A stretch of 64,000 nucleotides of DNA, from NCBI GenBank assembly GCA_016789445.1, contig JAEUQT010000002.1, positions 138,321-202,320 on the forward strand, read 5' to 3'. The notes under the pieces are model-generated. The model saw nothing but the letters and a program-made list of their open reading frames with translations. It had not been told where the DNA came from and did no database searches. Every line of letters begins with the position of its first letter. The stretch's first letter is position 1. A program made the position numbers and the translations under genes. Below, one piece after another: positions 56,976 to 64,000 of the stretch. Origin of the DNA: a bacterium (GTDB lineage: Bacteria > Patescibacteriota > Minisyncoccia > Phycocordibacterales > UBA2100).

Positions 56976-57125
56976 TTCGCAACTCCCCACGAAACGGCGC
57001 GCCGATGGCGCGCCGTTTCTTTTTCTGTCCACAGTCCGAAAGAAAGGTCGATTTCGGTTGCTCATGCTGCTGAGGTATACTTTCTCCATGAGTTGCTCTT
57101 TCCGTCGCGGGACAGTGCTATAAGT

Positions 57126-58052
57126 ATGGCGAACCGACACCTAGCTCGTTCCGTCGTACTCCAGGTCCTCTTCGAAAGAGATGCATCCAACAATGCGATG
57201 ACGCTTGAAGAAGGCGTCTCCCGTCTCCAGAGCTACGCGGGCGAATTCGGAGCGCGCGAATCCGACCAGCCGTTCATGAAGCAGCTGCTCGGCATGGTGA
57301 TCGCGAAACAGAAAGAGATCGATACCGTCATCGAGAAGGCTGCTCCGGAATGGCCGCTCGATAAGATCGCCGCGATCGATCGCAACATCCTGCGCCTCGG
57401 CCTCTGCGAACTCATCTTCGCCGATCGTACGCAGGTGCCGGCGAAGGTCGCCATCAATGAGGCGATCGAGCTCGCGAAGAATTTCGGCTCCAATTCTTCC
57501 GGAAGATTCGTAAACGGCGTCATGGGCGCTGTCTATGTCGAACTCGGCGAGCCGGGCAAGAACGAAGGCACGGCACGTAAGCAGGCTGGCGGCGGCCAGA
57601 ACATCGGTAAGATGCCGGTCGAGCTTCTTGCGGGTGCCGTCGTCTTCGCGAAACACGAAGGAGAGACGTATCTCGCATTCGTACACGACATCTTCGGCCA
57701 TTGGACCATCTCGAAAGGGAAGATCCGCGAAGGAGAAACCCTTGAAGAGGGGACGAAGCGCGCGATCAAGGAAGAATTGAATCTCGATGTTGAAATCCGA
57801 CAGGAACTCGGCGTCAATGAATACACCGCCAACGATCCCGACGTGAAAGGCGGCAAGAAGCGCAAGCGCGTCACCTACTTCCTTGCGGAATCGCCGTTTA
57901 ATGACATCACGCTCGGCTCTTCCGGCGGTCTCGATGACGCGCAGTGGTTCCCGCTCTCGCAGGTCGGCAGCCTCAACTTCTACGACGATACGCTGAAGAT
58001 CATCATTCCGGCGATCAACGTCCTCGCCCAGAAAGTCAAAAAGGCAGAGTAG
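57126..58052 (+). CDS. nusB: NusB antitermination factor fused to C-terminal Nudix-like hydrolase domain
   Basis: N-terminal ~145 aa: VPAKVAINEAIELAKNFGSNSSGRFVNGVMGAV closely matches the NusB C-terminal helix signature. C-terminal ~160 aa: near-canonical Nudix box GKIREGETLEEGTKRAIKEELNL. An alternative start is ATG 57093. Confidence 0.7.
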   Translation: MANRHLARSVVLQVLFERDASNNAMTLEEGVSRLQSYAGEFGARESDQPFMKQLLGMVIAKQKEIDTVIEKAAPEWPLDKIAAIDRNILRLGLCELIFADRTQVPAKVAINEAIELAKNFGSNSSGRFVNGVMGAVYVELGEPGKNEGTARKQAGGGQNIGKMPVELLAGAVVFAKHEGETYLAFVHDIFGHWTISKGKIREGETLEEGTKRAIKEELNLDVEIRQELGVNEYTANDPDVKGGKKRKRVTYFLAESPFNDITLGSSGGLDDAQWFPLSQVGSLNFYDDTLKIIIPAINVLAQKVKKAE

Positions 58053-58090
58053 CATTTTGGCCGCACTCGTGGGCATGCTACTGTACCGGC

Positions 58091-58777
58091 ATGGATTTTG
58101 CGCCCTTCGAGGCAAAGATAGGATTCACGTTCACCGACAAACGCCTTATCGAGGCGGCATTCACGCACCGTTCCTATCTCAACGAGAACCGTGCAAGCGC
58201 GCGCGAGCACAATGAACGCCTGGAATTCCTTGGTGATGCGGTCTTAGAACTCGTCGTCACCGAATTCCTCTATAAGAAGTACCCGGAAAAGCCGGAAGGG
58301 GAATTGACCGCGTATCGTGCGGCACTCGTGAATACGAACTCGATCGCTGATGCTGCCGCGAAACTCGGCATGAATGACTTCCTTCTTCTCTCACGCGGCG
58401 AAGCGAAGGATACCGGCCGTGCGCGCGGCATCATCCTTGCGAATGCATTCGAGGCGATCATCGGTGCGATCTATCTCGATGCGGGATACGATGCGTCGTA
58501 CAAGTTCATCGAGGCGCAGCTTTTCCATAAGACCGATGATGTCGTCGAGAAACGCTTGTGGCAGGACGCGAAGAGCCGCCTGCAGGAAATCGCGCAGGAG
58601 AAAGTCTCCGTCACGCCGACCTATGAATTGGTGAATCAGTCGGGTCCCGATCACGATAAGCGTTTCGTGGTCGCAGTTTTTCTCGGCTCAACGAAGACCG
58701 CGCTCGGCGAAGGTCGCTCCAAGCAGGAAGCAGAGCAGGATGCGGCAGGGAAGGCGCTGACCGCGCGGGGCTGGTAG
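58091..58777 (+). CDS. rnc: ribonuclease III
   Basis: RNase III signature ERLEFLGDAVLELVV. C-terminal dsRBD. The track ORF start at 57944 overlaps nusB, so ATG 58091 is preferred. Confidence 0.85.
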   Translation: MDFAPFEAKIGFTFTDKRLIEAAFTHRSYLNENRASAREHNERLEFLGDAVLELVVTEFLYKKYPEKPEGELTAYRAALVNTNSIADAAAKLGMNDFLLLSRGEAKDTGRARGIILANAFEAIIGAIYLDAGYDASYKFIEAQLFHKTDDVVEKRLWQDAKSRLQEIAQEKVSVTPTYELVNQSGPDHDKRFVVAVFLGSTKTALGEGRSKQEAEQDAAGKALTARGW

Positions 58778-58867
58778 ATGAAGCGCGAGTATTGACAATA
58801 TTAGAAATCGGCGTAGAATGATATCACTGACATAGAACGTCAGTGTTCTAGATGAGGAGCCGTTTAA

Positions 58868-59104
58868 ATGTGGCTACTGTTCAAAAAGCGTGAAGTTGGT
58901 ACGCTCAAGTTCTACAACGTGCAAAAAGGCTTTGGCTTCGCTTCGTGCCCCAACGGACCGGACATCCGATTGACGAGGAAGACCTTTAAGGGTCGCGTCG
59001 ACAAGACCGAGTTCGCCAAGGGTGCCAAGATAAGCTTCAAGGCCTCGGCCAAAGTGCCCAAGGGCAAGACCGCCCGAGATGCCGCGACGTGGAGCATGGC
59101 ATAA
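58868..59104 (+). CDS. cold-shock domain protein (divergent)
   Basis: GTLKFYNVQKGFGFA matches the RNP1 motif K/RGFGFI. The RNP2 region is diverged. Confidence 0.5.
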   Translation: MWLLFKKREVGTLKFYNVQKGFGFASCPNGPDIRLTRKTFKGRVDKTEFAKGAKISFKASAKVPKGKTARDAATWSMA

Positions 59105-59220
59105 CACCTTCAGCTCTGACTCATCAAAAACGGGGACCGCGTTCGCGCGGTCCCTATTTTATTTTGCATGTACACACATATTTTCTCGACATCATCTCCC
59201 AAGGCGCGGATACTACGGGT

Positions 59221-60747
59221 ATGTCAGATGAGGGTTTTATGTACCGGAGGCTTAACCGGCCGAAGAAAAACCATTCTCCCAACGATGGGTTGCGGGAGGC
59301 TCTCGCAAAGATACGTGCGGAATCCACGACACCTCCGCCGCTTCCGCATGCGGACGTCATTCCTCCACCGTTACCGAAACGAAGAATCGAGAAAGGAATC
59401 ACTGATCAGGACCGTGAGCGGGCGCGCGATGCGTGGCATCGCGAAGCATCGCGTGGAGCGTTGCTTTCGCGTGTGAAAGCTCATGCGGTTGGTGCGAAGT
59501 ATGTCCCGCCGATCCTGCCGAATGCGCATCATCAACCTCCGCCGCTTAAGGGATGGGAAGAGCGGATGGAATTAGAGAAGACAAACTTTAAGACGACAGA
59601 GCTCGACCTCAAAGCGACATTCCAGAAGACATTCATGCCGAAGCCGCTCAGCGCAGAAGAACTGCGGGAGAATGAAGCTGCGCGCTTGGTTGCACATAAG
59701 TTCGCCGCGAAAACTGAGCCTGAGCGTGTTGAGCCGCAGTCCGACATGATCAAACGGCTCGATGCGTGGATTCGTGGAGAAAAAGAGCGTGCACCGCGTC
59801 GGAAGCTTGAAGAGCGGCTTTTGCGTAATTTCCCGGCGATGAAAGCTGAGATAACCGGATTCGCTGATGCATCCTCTCGTGCACTGGAGCAGCTCGGAGA
59901 GGAGATCGTGCGCGACGCGCGCCGTCACGGTATCGATCGACGCCAGAAATTCATATCTGCGTGGATGCGGGAGAGATTCGATGCTGCGAACAAGACCTAC
60001 ATCACTAAGTTGATGATTCCGATGTGGTCAGGAATCGACCGGATGACCAGTTCACGGACACTTAGATATGCGCTTCCAGCATTTGGTGCGCTGGTGTTGG
60101 CGTTTGCGGGCAAGAATGTTCACGATTACCTTCAGGCGCACGCCGACATAGGGGCATCAGTTCCGATGCCGGCAGACGTACTTCCGTCTGAATCGATATC
60201 TGCTCCCGCGCAAGGAGTGCATGAGAGCATCGCGTCGCCACCGGTAACGATGGTGAACTCACCGCCACATGAAGTGCCGGATTTCATCCCACAGGATCAA
60301 TTCTCTGCACCCGATGCAGTAACGCCTGAGGTCGTTGATCATGGGCGCGAGTCAGGTTCGATTGCTGAGCCGATTGAAGTGCAGGGAAATGTAAGCGTCT
60401 GGAGCTCTCTCTTGGATGGTCTCGGCGAAAAGGGGATCGATCTGAGCAGTCAGGGCGAGCAGGCGTTTGCCGAAGCGGTGCAGCGCGCCATCGAGGACAC
60501 CGGTACGCAATCGGCATTCATCGAATACAAAGGCGAAGGTCTTACTGATGTCGCGTGGGACAAGATTCCAGACGGCGCAACGATCCATTTCGATCTGTTG
60601 TTCGGGAACCAGGAATTCCTTGATCGATTGAAAGAACTGTTGGAATCATCCGAATACAAGACCTTGGGTAAAGAAATACGGTCCCTTGGCGGCGCGGAAT
60701 TGTTCATAAGCGATATCCAAGACGCCTTCGGTGTCCAATACCTATGA
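59221..60747 (+). CDS. hypothetical protein (central TM segment)
   Basis: Long ORF with no family motif. The start is uncertain (59089 overlaps csp). Confidence 0.4.
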   Translation: MSDEGFMYRRLNRPKKNHSPNDGLREALAKIRAESTTPPPLPHADVIPPPLPKRRIEKGITDQDRERARDAWHREASRGALLSRVKAHAVGAKYVPPILPNAHHQPPPLKGWEERMELEKTNFKTTELDLKATFQKTFMPKPLSAEELRENEAARLVAHKFAAKTEPERVEPQSDMIKRLDAWIRGEKERAPRRKLEERLLRNFPAMKAEITGFADASSRALEQLGEEIVRDARRHGIDRRQKFISAWMRERFDAANKTYITKLMIPMWSGIDRMTSSRTLRYALPAFGALVLAFAGKNVHDYLQAHADIGASVPMPADVLPSESISAPAQGVHESIASPPVTMVNSPPHEVPDFIPQDQFSAPDAVTPEVVDHGRESGSIAEPIEVQGNVSVWSSLLDGLGEKGIDLSSQGEQAFAEAVQRAIEDTGTQSAFIEYKGEGLTDVAWDKIPDGATIHFDLLFGNQEFLDRLKELLESSEYKTLGKEIRSLGGAELFISDIQDAFGVQYL

Positions 60748-61085
60748 AATACGACCGCGCAACACTCTATCGTTTCCTCGGTGACGAGACGGTCGATCAT
60801 ATCGTGAAGGAACTGAAGATCGACAAGGATCCGATCGAAGTCCAGACAGAGCTCGTCGACATGCTCAACGAATACATCTTAGATAAGGTCTCGCTGGAGG
60901 TCCTGAAAGCCCTGTCGAAGAAGGACCATCAGGCATTCGAGGATTTCATAGGGAGAGGGGACTTGGACGGTCTGCGGGCGTTTTTGGAGGAGCGTATTCC
61001 GAATATCGATCGTCTTATCGAGCATGCCGCGACGACCGCCTATGACTCCGTGCGTAGCCGCGCTCAGGAGATCGCTGGTTCCTAG
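60744..61085 (+). CDS. hypothetical protein
   Basis: ATGA-coupled to the upstream gene. Acidic and helical. No motif. Confidence 0.4.
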   Translation: MKYDRATLYRFLGDETVDHIVKELKIDKDPIEVQTELVDMLNEYILDKVSLEVLKALSKKDHQAFEDFIGRGDLDGLRAFLEERIPNIDRLIEHAATTAYDSVRSRAQEIAGS

Positions 61086-61113
61086 CCATTCCTTGCTACA
61101 ATAGCTCTCGTGT

Positions 61114-61232
61114 ATCCCGTTAGAAATCGCGGACGCACGAACTTCATGTTGCATTCAAAGGTCGGGCTTTATCCCTATAGCAAAGTACGGTGCGGAGACT
61201 CGAACGTGTCCGCGTCCTATTTCTAACGGGAT
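61114..61232 (+). mobile_element. ORF-less miniature element with GIY-YIG-element-type TIRs (MITE-like)
   Basis: ATCCCGTTAGAAAT (61114-61127) and ATTTCTAACGGGAT (61219-61232) form a perfect 14-bp IR. The last two bases provide the A and T of the smc ATG start codon. Confidence 0.55.
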
Positions 61233-63435
61233 GTACCTCAGATCGATCGAGCTCAGCGGTTTCAAGTCATTCGGCAAGAAGACCGAGCTGGTGTTCGGTT
61301 CCCGCATCGCCGCGATCGTGGGGCCGAATGGTTCCGGTAAATCGAACGTCGCCGACGGCTTCCGCTTCGTCCTTGGCGAGCAGTCGATGAAATCGATGCG
61401 CGGCAAGCGCGGCGAAGACATGATCTGGGGAGGTTCCCCTGCGCTTCCGCGCATGAATCGCGCGGCGGTGAAGCTCGTCTTTGATAATTCCAAACGTCTG
61501 CTCGACATCGATTTCTCCGACGTCATCATCGAGCGCGTCGTGCATCGTGATGGCGCGAATGAGTATCTCCTCAATGGTTCGGTAGTGCGCCTCAAGGATG
61601 TCATCCGGCTCCTCGCCGGTGCTAACATCGGTGGCTCGGGCTACCAGATCATTTCCCAGGGCGAAGCAGATCGCATTCTCAATGCATCTCCCAAAGAGCG
61701 ACGCGAGATGGTGGAGGATGCGCTTGGGCTGAAGCTGTACCAGCACAAGAAAGCAGAATCGGAGCGTAAATTGGCCGAGACCGCGGTGAATATCGATAAG
61801 ACGAAATCTCTCCGCAGGGAACTCGCGCCACACCTAAAATTCTTGCAGACCCAGGTCGAGAAGATCGAGAAAGCTCGCGAGATGAAGGCTGACCTCGCGT
61901 ATAAACTCTCTGATTACCTCGCGCGTGAGAATGCCTATCTCGCGATGGAGGCGACAAGGCTTACCGACGAATCAAAGGAACGCGAACACGAGATCAAACA
62001 GCTGGAGCATCGTCTGAAAGATGCTCGTGCGGTGAAGGGGGATGGTCCGCAAGAGAATCGCTCGCTCCCGCTTCTGCAGAAGTTGGAATCGCTCCAGAAT
62101 GAACTAAGTAACGCTCGCCGGAAGCGCGAGGAGATCGTGCGCGAGCTTGGCCGCGCCGAGGGTGCGCTTGAAGCGGTTGCCATCACCGTCGAGACAGGCA
62201 TACCGGCACCGCAGGTGCGTGAATTCGTACGCGAGATCACGGATTCCATCGAACGCGCCGAAGCGCAGGATGATATCGCCGGAATCCGCGCGCTTCTCTC
62301 GCAGCTCCGTGGACGTATCCATGCGTTCATTGACGGTCTCTCTGGTGCGGCACCTGTCACTCATGAAGAAACAAGGCGGGAAGTCGAGCGTCTAACCGAG
62401 TCCCTTTCCAAGGCCGAAGCGGAAGAATCGCGTCTCGCAAAAGAAATGGAGCACGTGCGCAGCGAGATCACCAAAGCGCGTGAGGCGTCATTTGCCGCAG
62501 AGCGCGAAGAGGTGCGTGTCGAAGCGCAACTGCGCGAATCGCAATCCAAGATGATGGCGCTGCGCAGCGAGTTCGAGCATTCCAAGGATCTGAAACGTCG
62601 TTTCGAGGAAGAGGTTCGTGAAGGTATAGCCCTCTTGGGTACGGCGTTCGAGGGATGGAATACGCACGAGGTCCCGCAGGGCGCTCTTTCGGAAGATCGC
62701 CGCGAGCAGGAGAAACGCCGCCGTGAGATCGAGCGATTGAAGATCAAGATCGAGGAAGCGGGTGTCGGTGGTGGTGATGCGGTCGTGCGTGAATACAACC
62801 AGACGATCGAACGCGATGCATTCCTTCTCAAGGAACTCGACGATCTCGAGAAGTCTGCTCGTGCGCTGCAGGATCTCATCGCGGAATTGGAGAAGACCAT
62901 CGACGCTCGATTCACCGAAGGCTTGAAGCACATCAATGAGGCGCTCAAGCTCTTCTTCGCGAAGCTTTTCGGCGGCGGCGAAGCGAAGCTCGAGGTGGAA
63001 GAGCCGAAGCGTGTCCGACGCGCTCGCGGTGAAGAGATCGACGAGGAAGAAGCGGTCGTCGACGAAGAGGAGGAGCTCTACGCAGGCCTCTCGATCGCGG
63101 TCTCGCTTCCGCGCAAGAAGGTGCGCGGATTGGAAGTGCTCTCCGGTGGTGAGCGCGCACTCACCTCGATCGCACTCATCTTTTCCATGTCGCAGGTGAA
63201 TCCGCCGCCCTTCCTGATCCTCGACGAGACCGATGCCGCCCTTGATGAGGCCAATTCCAAGCGCTACGCGGACATGATCATGGAGCTGGGGAAGAAGAGC
63301 CAGCTCATCGTCATCACCCACAACCGCTCGACCATGTCGGCGGCAGGGGAGCTCTACGGGGTCACCATGAGCCAGGACGGGGTGTCCAAGATCCTCTCCG
63401 TGAAGCTCGAGGAGGCCGAGCGGGTGGCAAAATAG
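61231..63435 (+). CDS. smc: SMC-family chromosome-associated ATPase, short hinge-less form
   Basis: The N-terminus (SIELSGFKSFGKKTELVFGSRIAAIVGPNGSGKSNV) is classic for SMC. C-terminal signature LSGGERALTSIAL..LILDETDAALD. Only 734 aa, with no recognisable hinge. Confidence 0.6.
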   Translation: MYLRSIELSGFKSFGKKTELVFGSRIAAIVGPNGSGKSNVADGFRFVLGEQSMKSMRGKRGEDMIWGGSPALPRMNRAAVKLVFDNSKRLLDIDFSDVIIERVVHRDGANEYLLNGSVVRLKDVIRLLAGANIGGSGYQIISQGEADRILNASPKERREMVEDALGLKLYQHKKAESERKLAETAVNIDKTKSLRRELAPHLKFLQTQVEKIEKAREMKADLAYKLSDYLARENAYLAMEATRLTDESKEREHEIKQLEHRLKDARAVKGDGPQENRSLPLLQKLESLQNELSNARRKREEIVRELGRAEGALEAVAITVETGIPAPQVREFVREITDSIERAEAQDDIAGIRALLSQLRGRIHAFIDGLSGAAPVTHEETRREVERLTESLSKAEAEESRLAKEMEHVRSEITKAREASFAAEREEVRVEAQLRESQSKMMALRSEFEHSKDLKRRFEEEVREGIALLGTAFEGWNTHEVPQGALSEDRREQEKRRREIERLKIKIEEAGVGGGDAVVREYNQTIERDAFLLKELDDLEKSARALQDLIAELEKTIDARFTEGLKHINEALKLFFAKLFGGGEAKLEVEEPKRVRRARGEEIDEEEAVVDEEEELYAGLSIAVSLPRKKVRGLEVLSGGERALTSIALIFSMSQVNPPPFLILDETDAALDEANSKRYADMIMELGKKSQLIVITHNRSTMSAAGELYGVTMSQDGVSKILSVKLEEAERVAK

Positions 63436-63479
63436 GGCTCAGTTGACCCGGAACGTATTTGTTGGTAGAGTGCCCCGAC

Positions 63480-63866
63480 ATGTTAAAGATCCGATTACAG
63501 CGCACCGGCCGCACCAACAACCCGTCCTATCGCGTGGTGGTTACTGAGCACACGAATGGCCCGAAGTCCGGTCGTGCTACCGAGATCCTCGGCTCCTACA
63601 ATCCTAAGACCAAGGAGCGCACACTCAACGAGGACCGCATCAAGCACTGGCTCAAGAACGGTGCACAGGCTTCCGGCACCATGCACAACATGCTTGTCTC
63701 CGTCGGCATCATCGCCGGCAAGAAGATCAACGTCCTCCCGAAGAAGACGGCTCCGAAGAAGGAAGAGCCTGTTGCTGAAGCTCCGGCTGCACCTGTAGCA
63801 GAAGCGCCAGCAGCTGAAGAAGCAGCTCCTGAAGCGGCAGCAGAAGAGACTCCTGCACAGGCGTAG
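63480..63866 (+). CDS. rpsP: 30S ribosomal protein S16 with Ala/Pro/Glu-rich C-terminal extension
   Basis: MLKIRLQRTGRTNNPSYRVVVTE. The track ORF start at 63459 is in-frame upstream, so ATG 63480 is preferred. Confidence 0.8.
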   Translation: MLKIRLQRTGRTNNPSYRVVVTEHTNGPKSGRATEILGSYNPKTKERTLNEDRIKHWLKNGAQASGTMHNMLVSVGIIAGKKINVLPKKTAPKKEEPVAEAPAAPVAEAPAAEEAAPEAAAEETPAQA

Positions 63867-63871
63867 TATTG

Positions 63872-63954
63872 ACCCCGTTAGAGAGTGCGTCGGCAGAGCT
63901 TGCTGTTCATTAATGAATCGCGATATCCGGATGAGATATTCTCTCTAACGGGGT
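63872..63954 (+). mobile_element. ORF-less miniature element with GIY-YIG-element-type TIRs (MITE-like)
   Basis: ACCCCGTTAGAGAG (63872-63885) and CTCTCTAACGGGGT (63941-63954) form a perfect 14-bp IR. It lies 6 nt after the rpsP stop. Confidence 0.5.
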
Positions 63955-64000
63955 TGACGCTATGGTGCGAAGGACGCACCATATACTGAATTACCGGTTA

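Noticed and set aside
61128-61218. tRNA-like T-arm (GTTCGAGTC) inside the miniature TIR element, minus strand
   Set aside because: I could not fold a complete cloverleaf. Only a T-loop-like hexamer and a short hairpin are present. It is probably chance or a degraded remnant.

Overview
This is a 64-kb, roughly 60% GC, gene-dense bacterial chromosomal segment with nearly all genes on the + strand. Its gene content suggests a reduced-genome, possibly episymbiotic lineage (CPR/Patescibacteria-like); that is inference only. Supporting features are a split transketolase, minimal-domain PheS, PheT and ThrS, a short EF-Ts, giant repetitive surface proteins, a sortase and a small GIY-YIG protein.

Layout:
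- 1-10778: a 5'-truncated repetitive surface protein (>3,565 aa in the window).
- 10803-20214: an accessory block of secreted/surface proteins: tandem beta-lactamase-fold hydrolases, a Gly-rich LamG protein, and two PKD-domain paralogues flanking a membrane-anchored protein.
- 20248-28718: sugar-phosphate metabolism (gap, rpiB, rpe, split tkt, pfkB-family kinase, class II fba).
- 29062-42039 and 49955-63866: information-processing core (rplY, rpmE, prfA, rpsB, tsf, tRNA-Thr, pheS, pheT, gyrB, thrS, dnaE, rnhB, rpmF, a NusB-Nudix fusion, rnc, csp, a hinge-less SMC-like ATPase, rpsP).
- 42060-49907: a second accessory block: a secreted S1-like protease, a GIY-YIG mini-element, a sortase, His/Cys-rich small secreted proteins, and Tyr/Asp-rich surface proteins ending in an IPYTG + TM signal.

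Most notable non-coding signals:
- A 14-15 bp terminal inverted repeat A(T/C)CCCGTTAGA(G/A)A exactly bounds the GIY-YIG ORF. It also bounds two ORF-less miniature copies that abut start and stop codons.
- Two families of conserved intergenic elements have copy-specific compensatory stems. Family 1 has 3 copies. Family 2 has 2 copies, each a ~68-nt conserved core clamped by a perfect 21-23 bp stem whose sequence differs between copies.
- TATAAT-like boxes lie 4-12 nt upstream of most start codons with no Shine-Dalgarno, implying widespread leaderless or short-leader translation.

No rRNA gene and no CRISPR array were seen.
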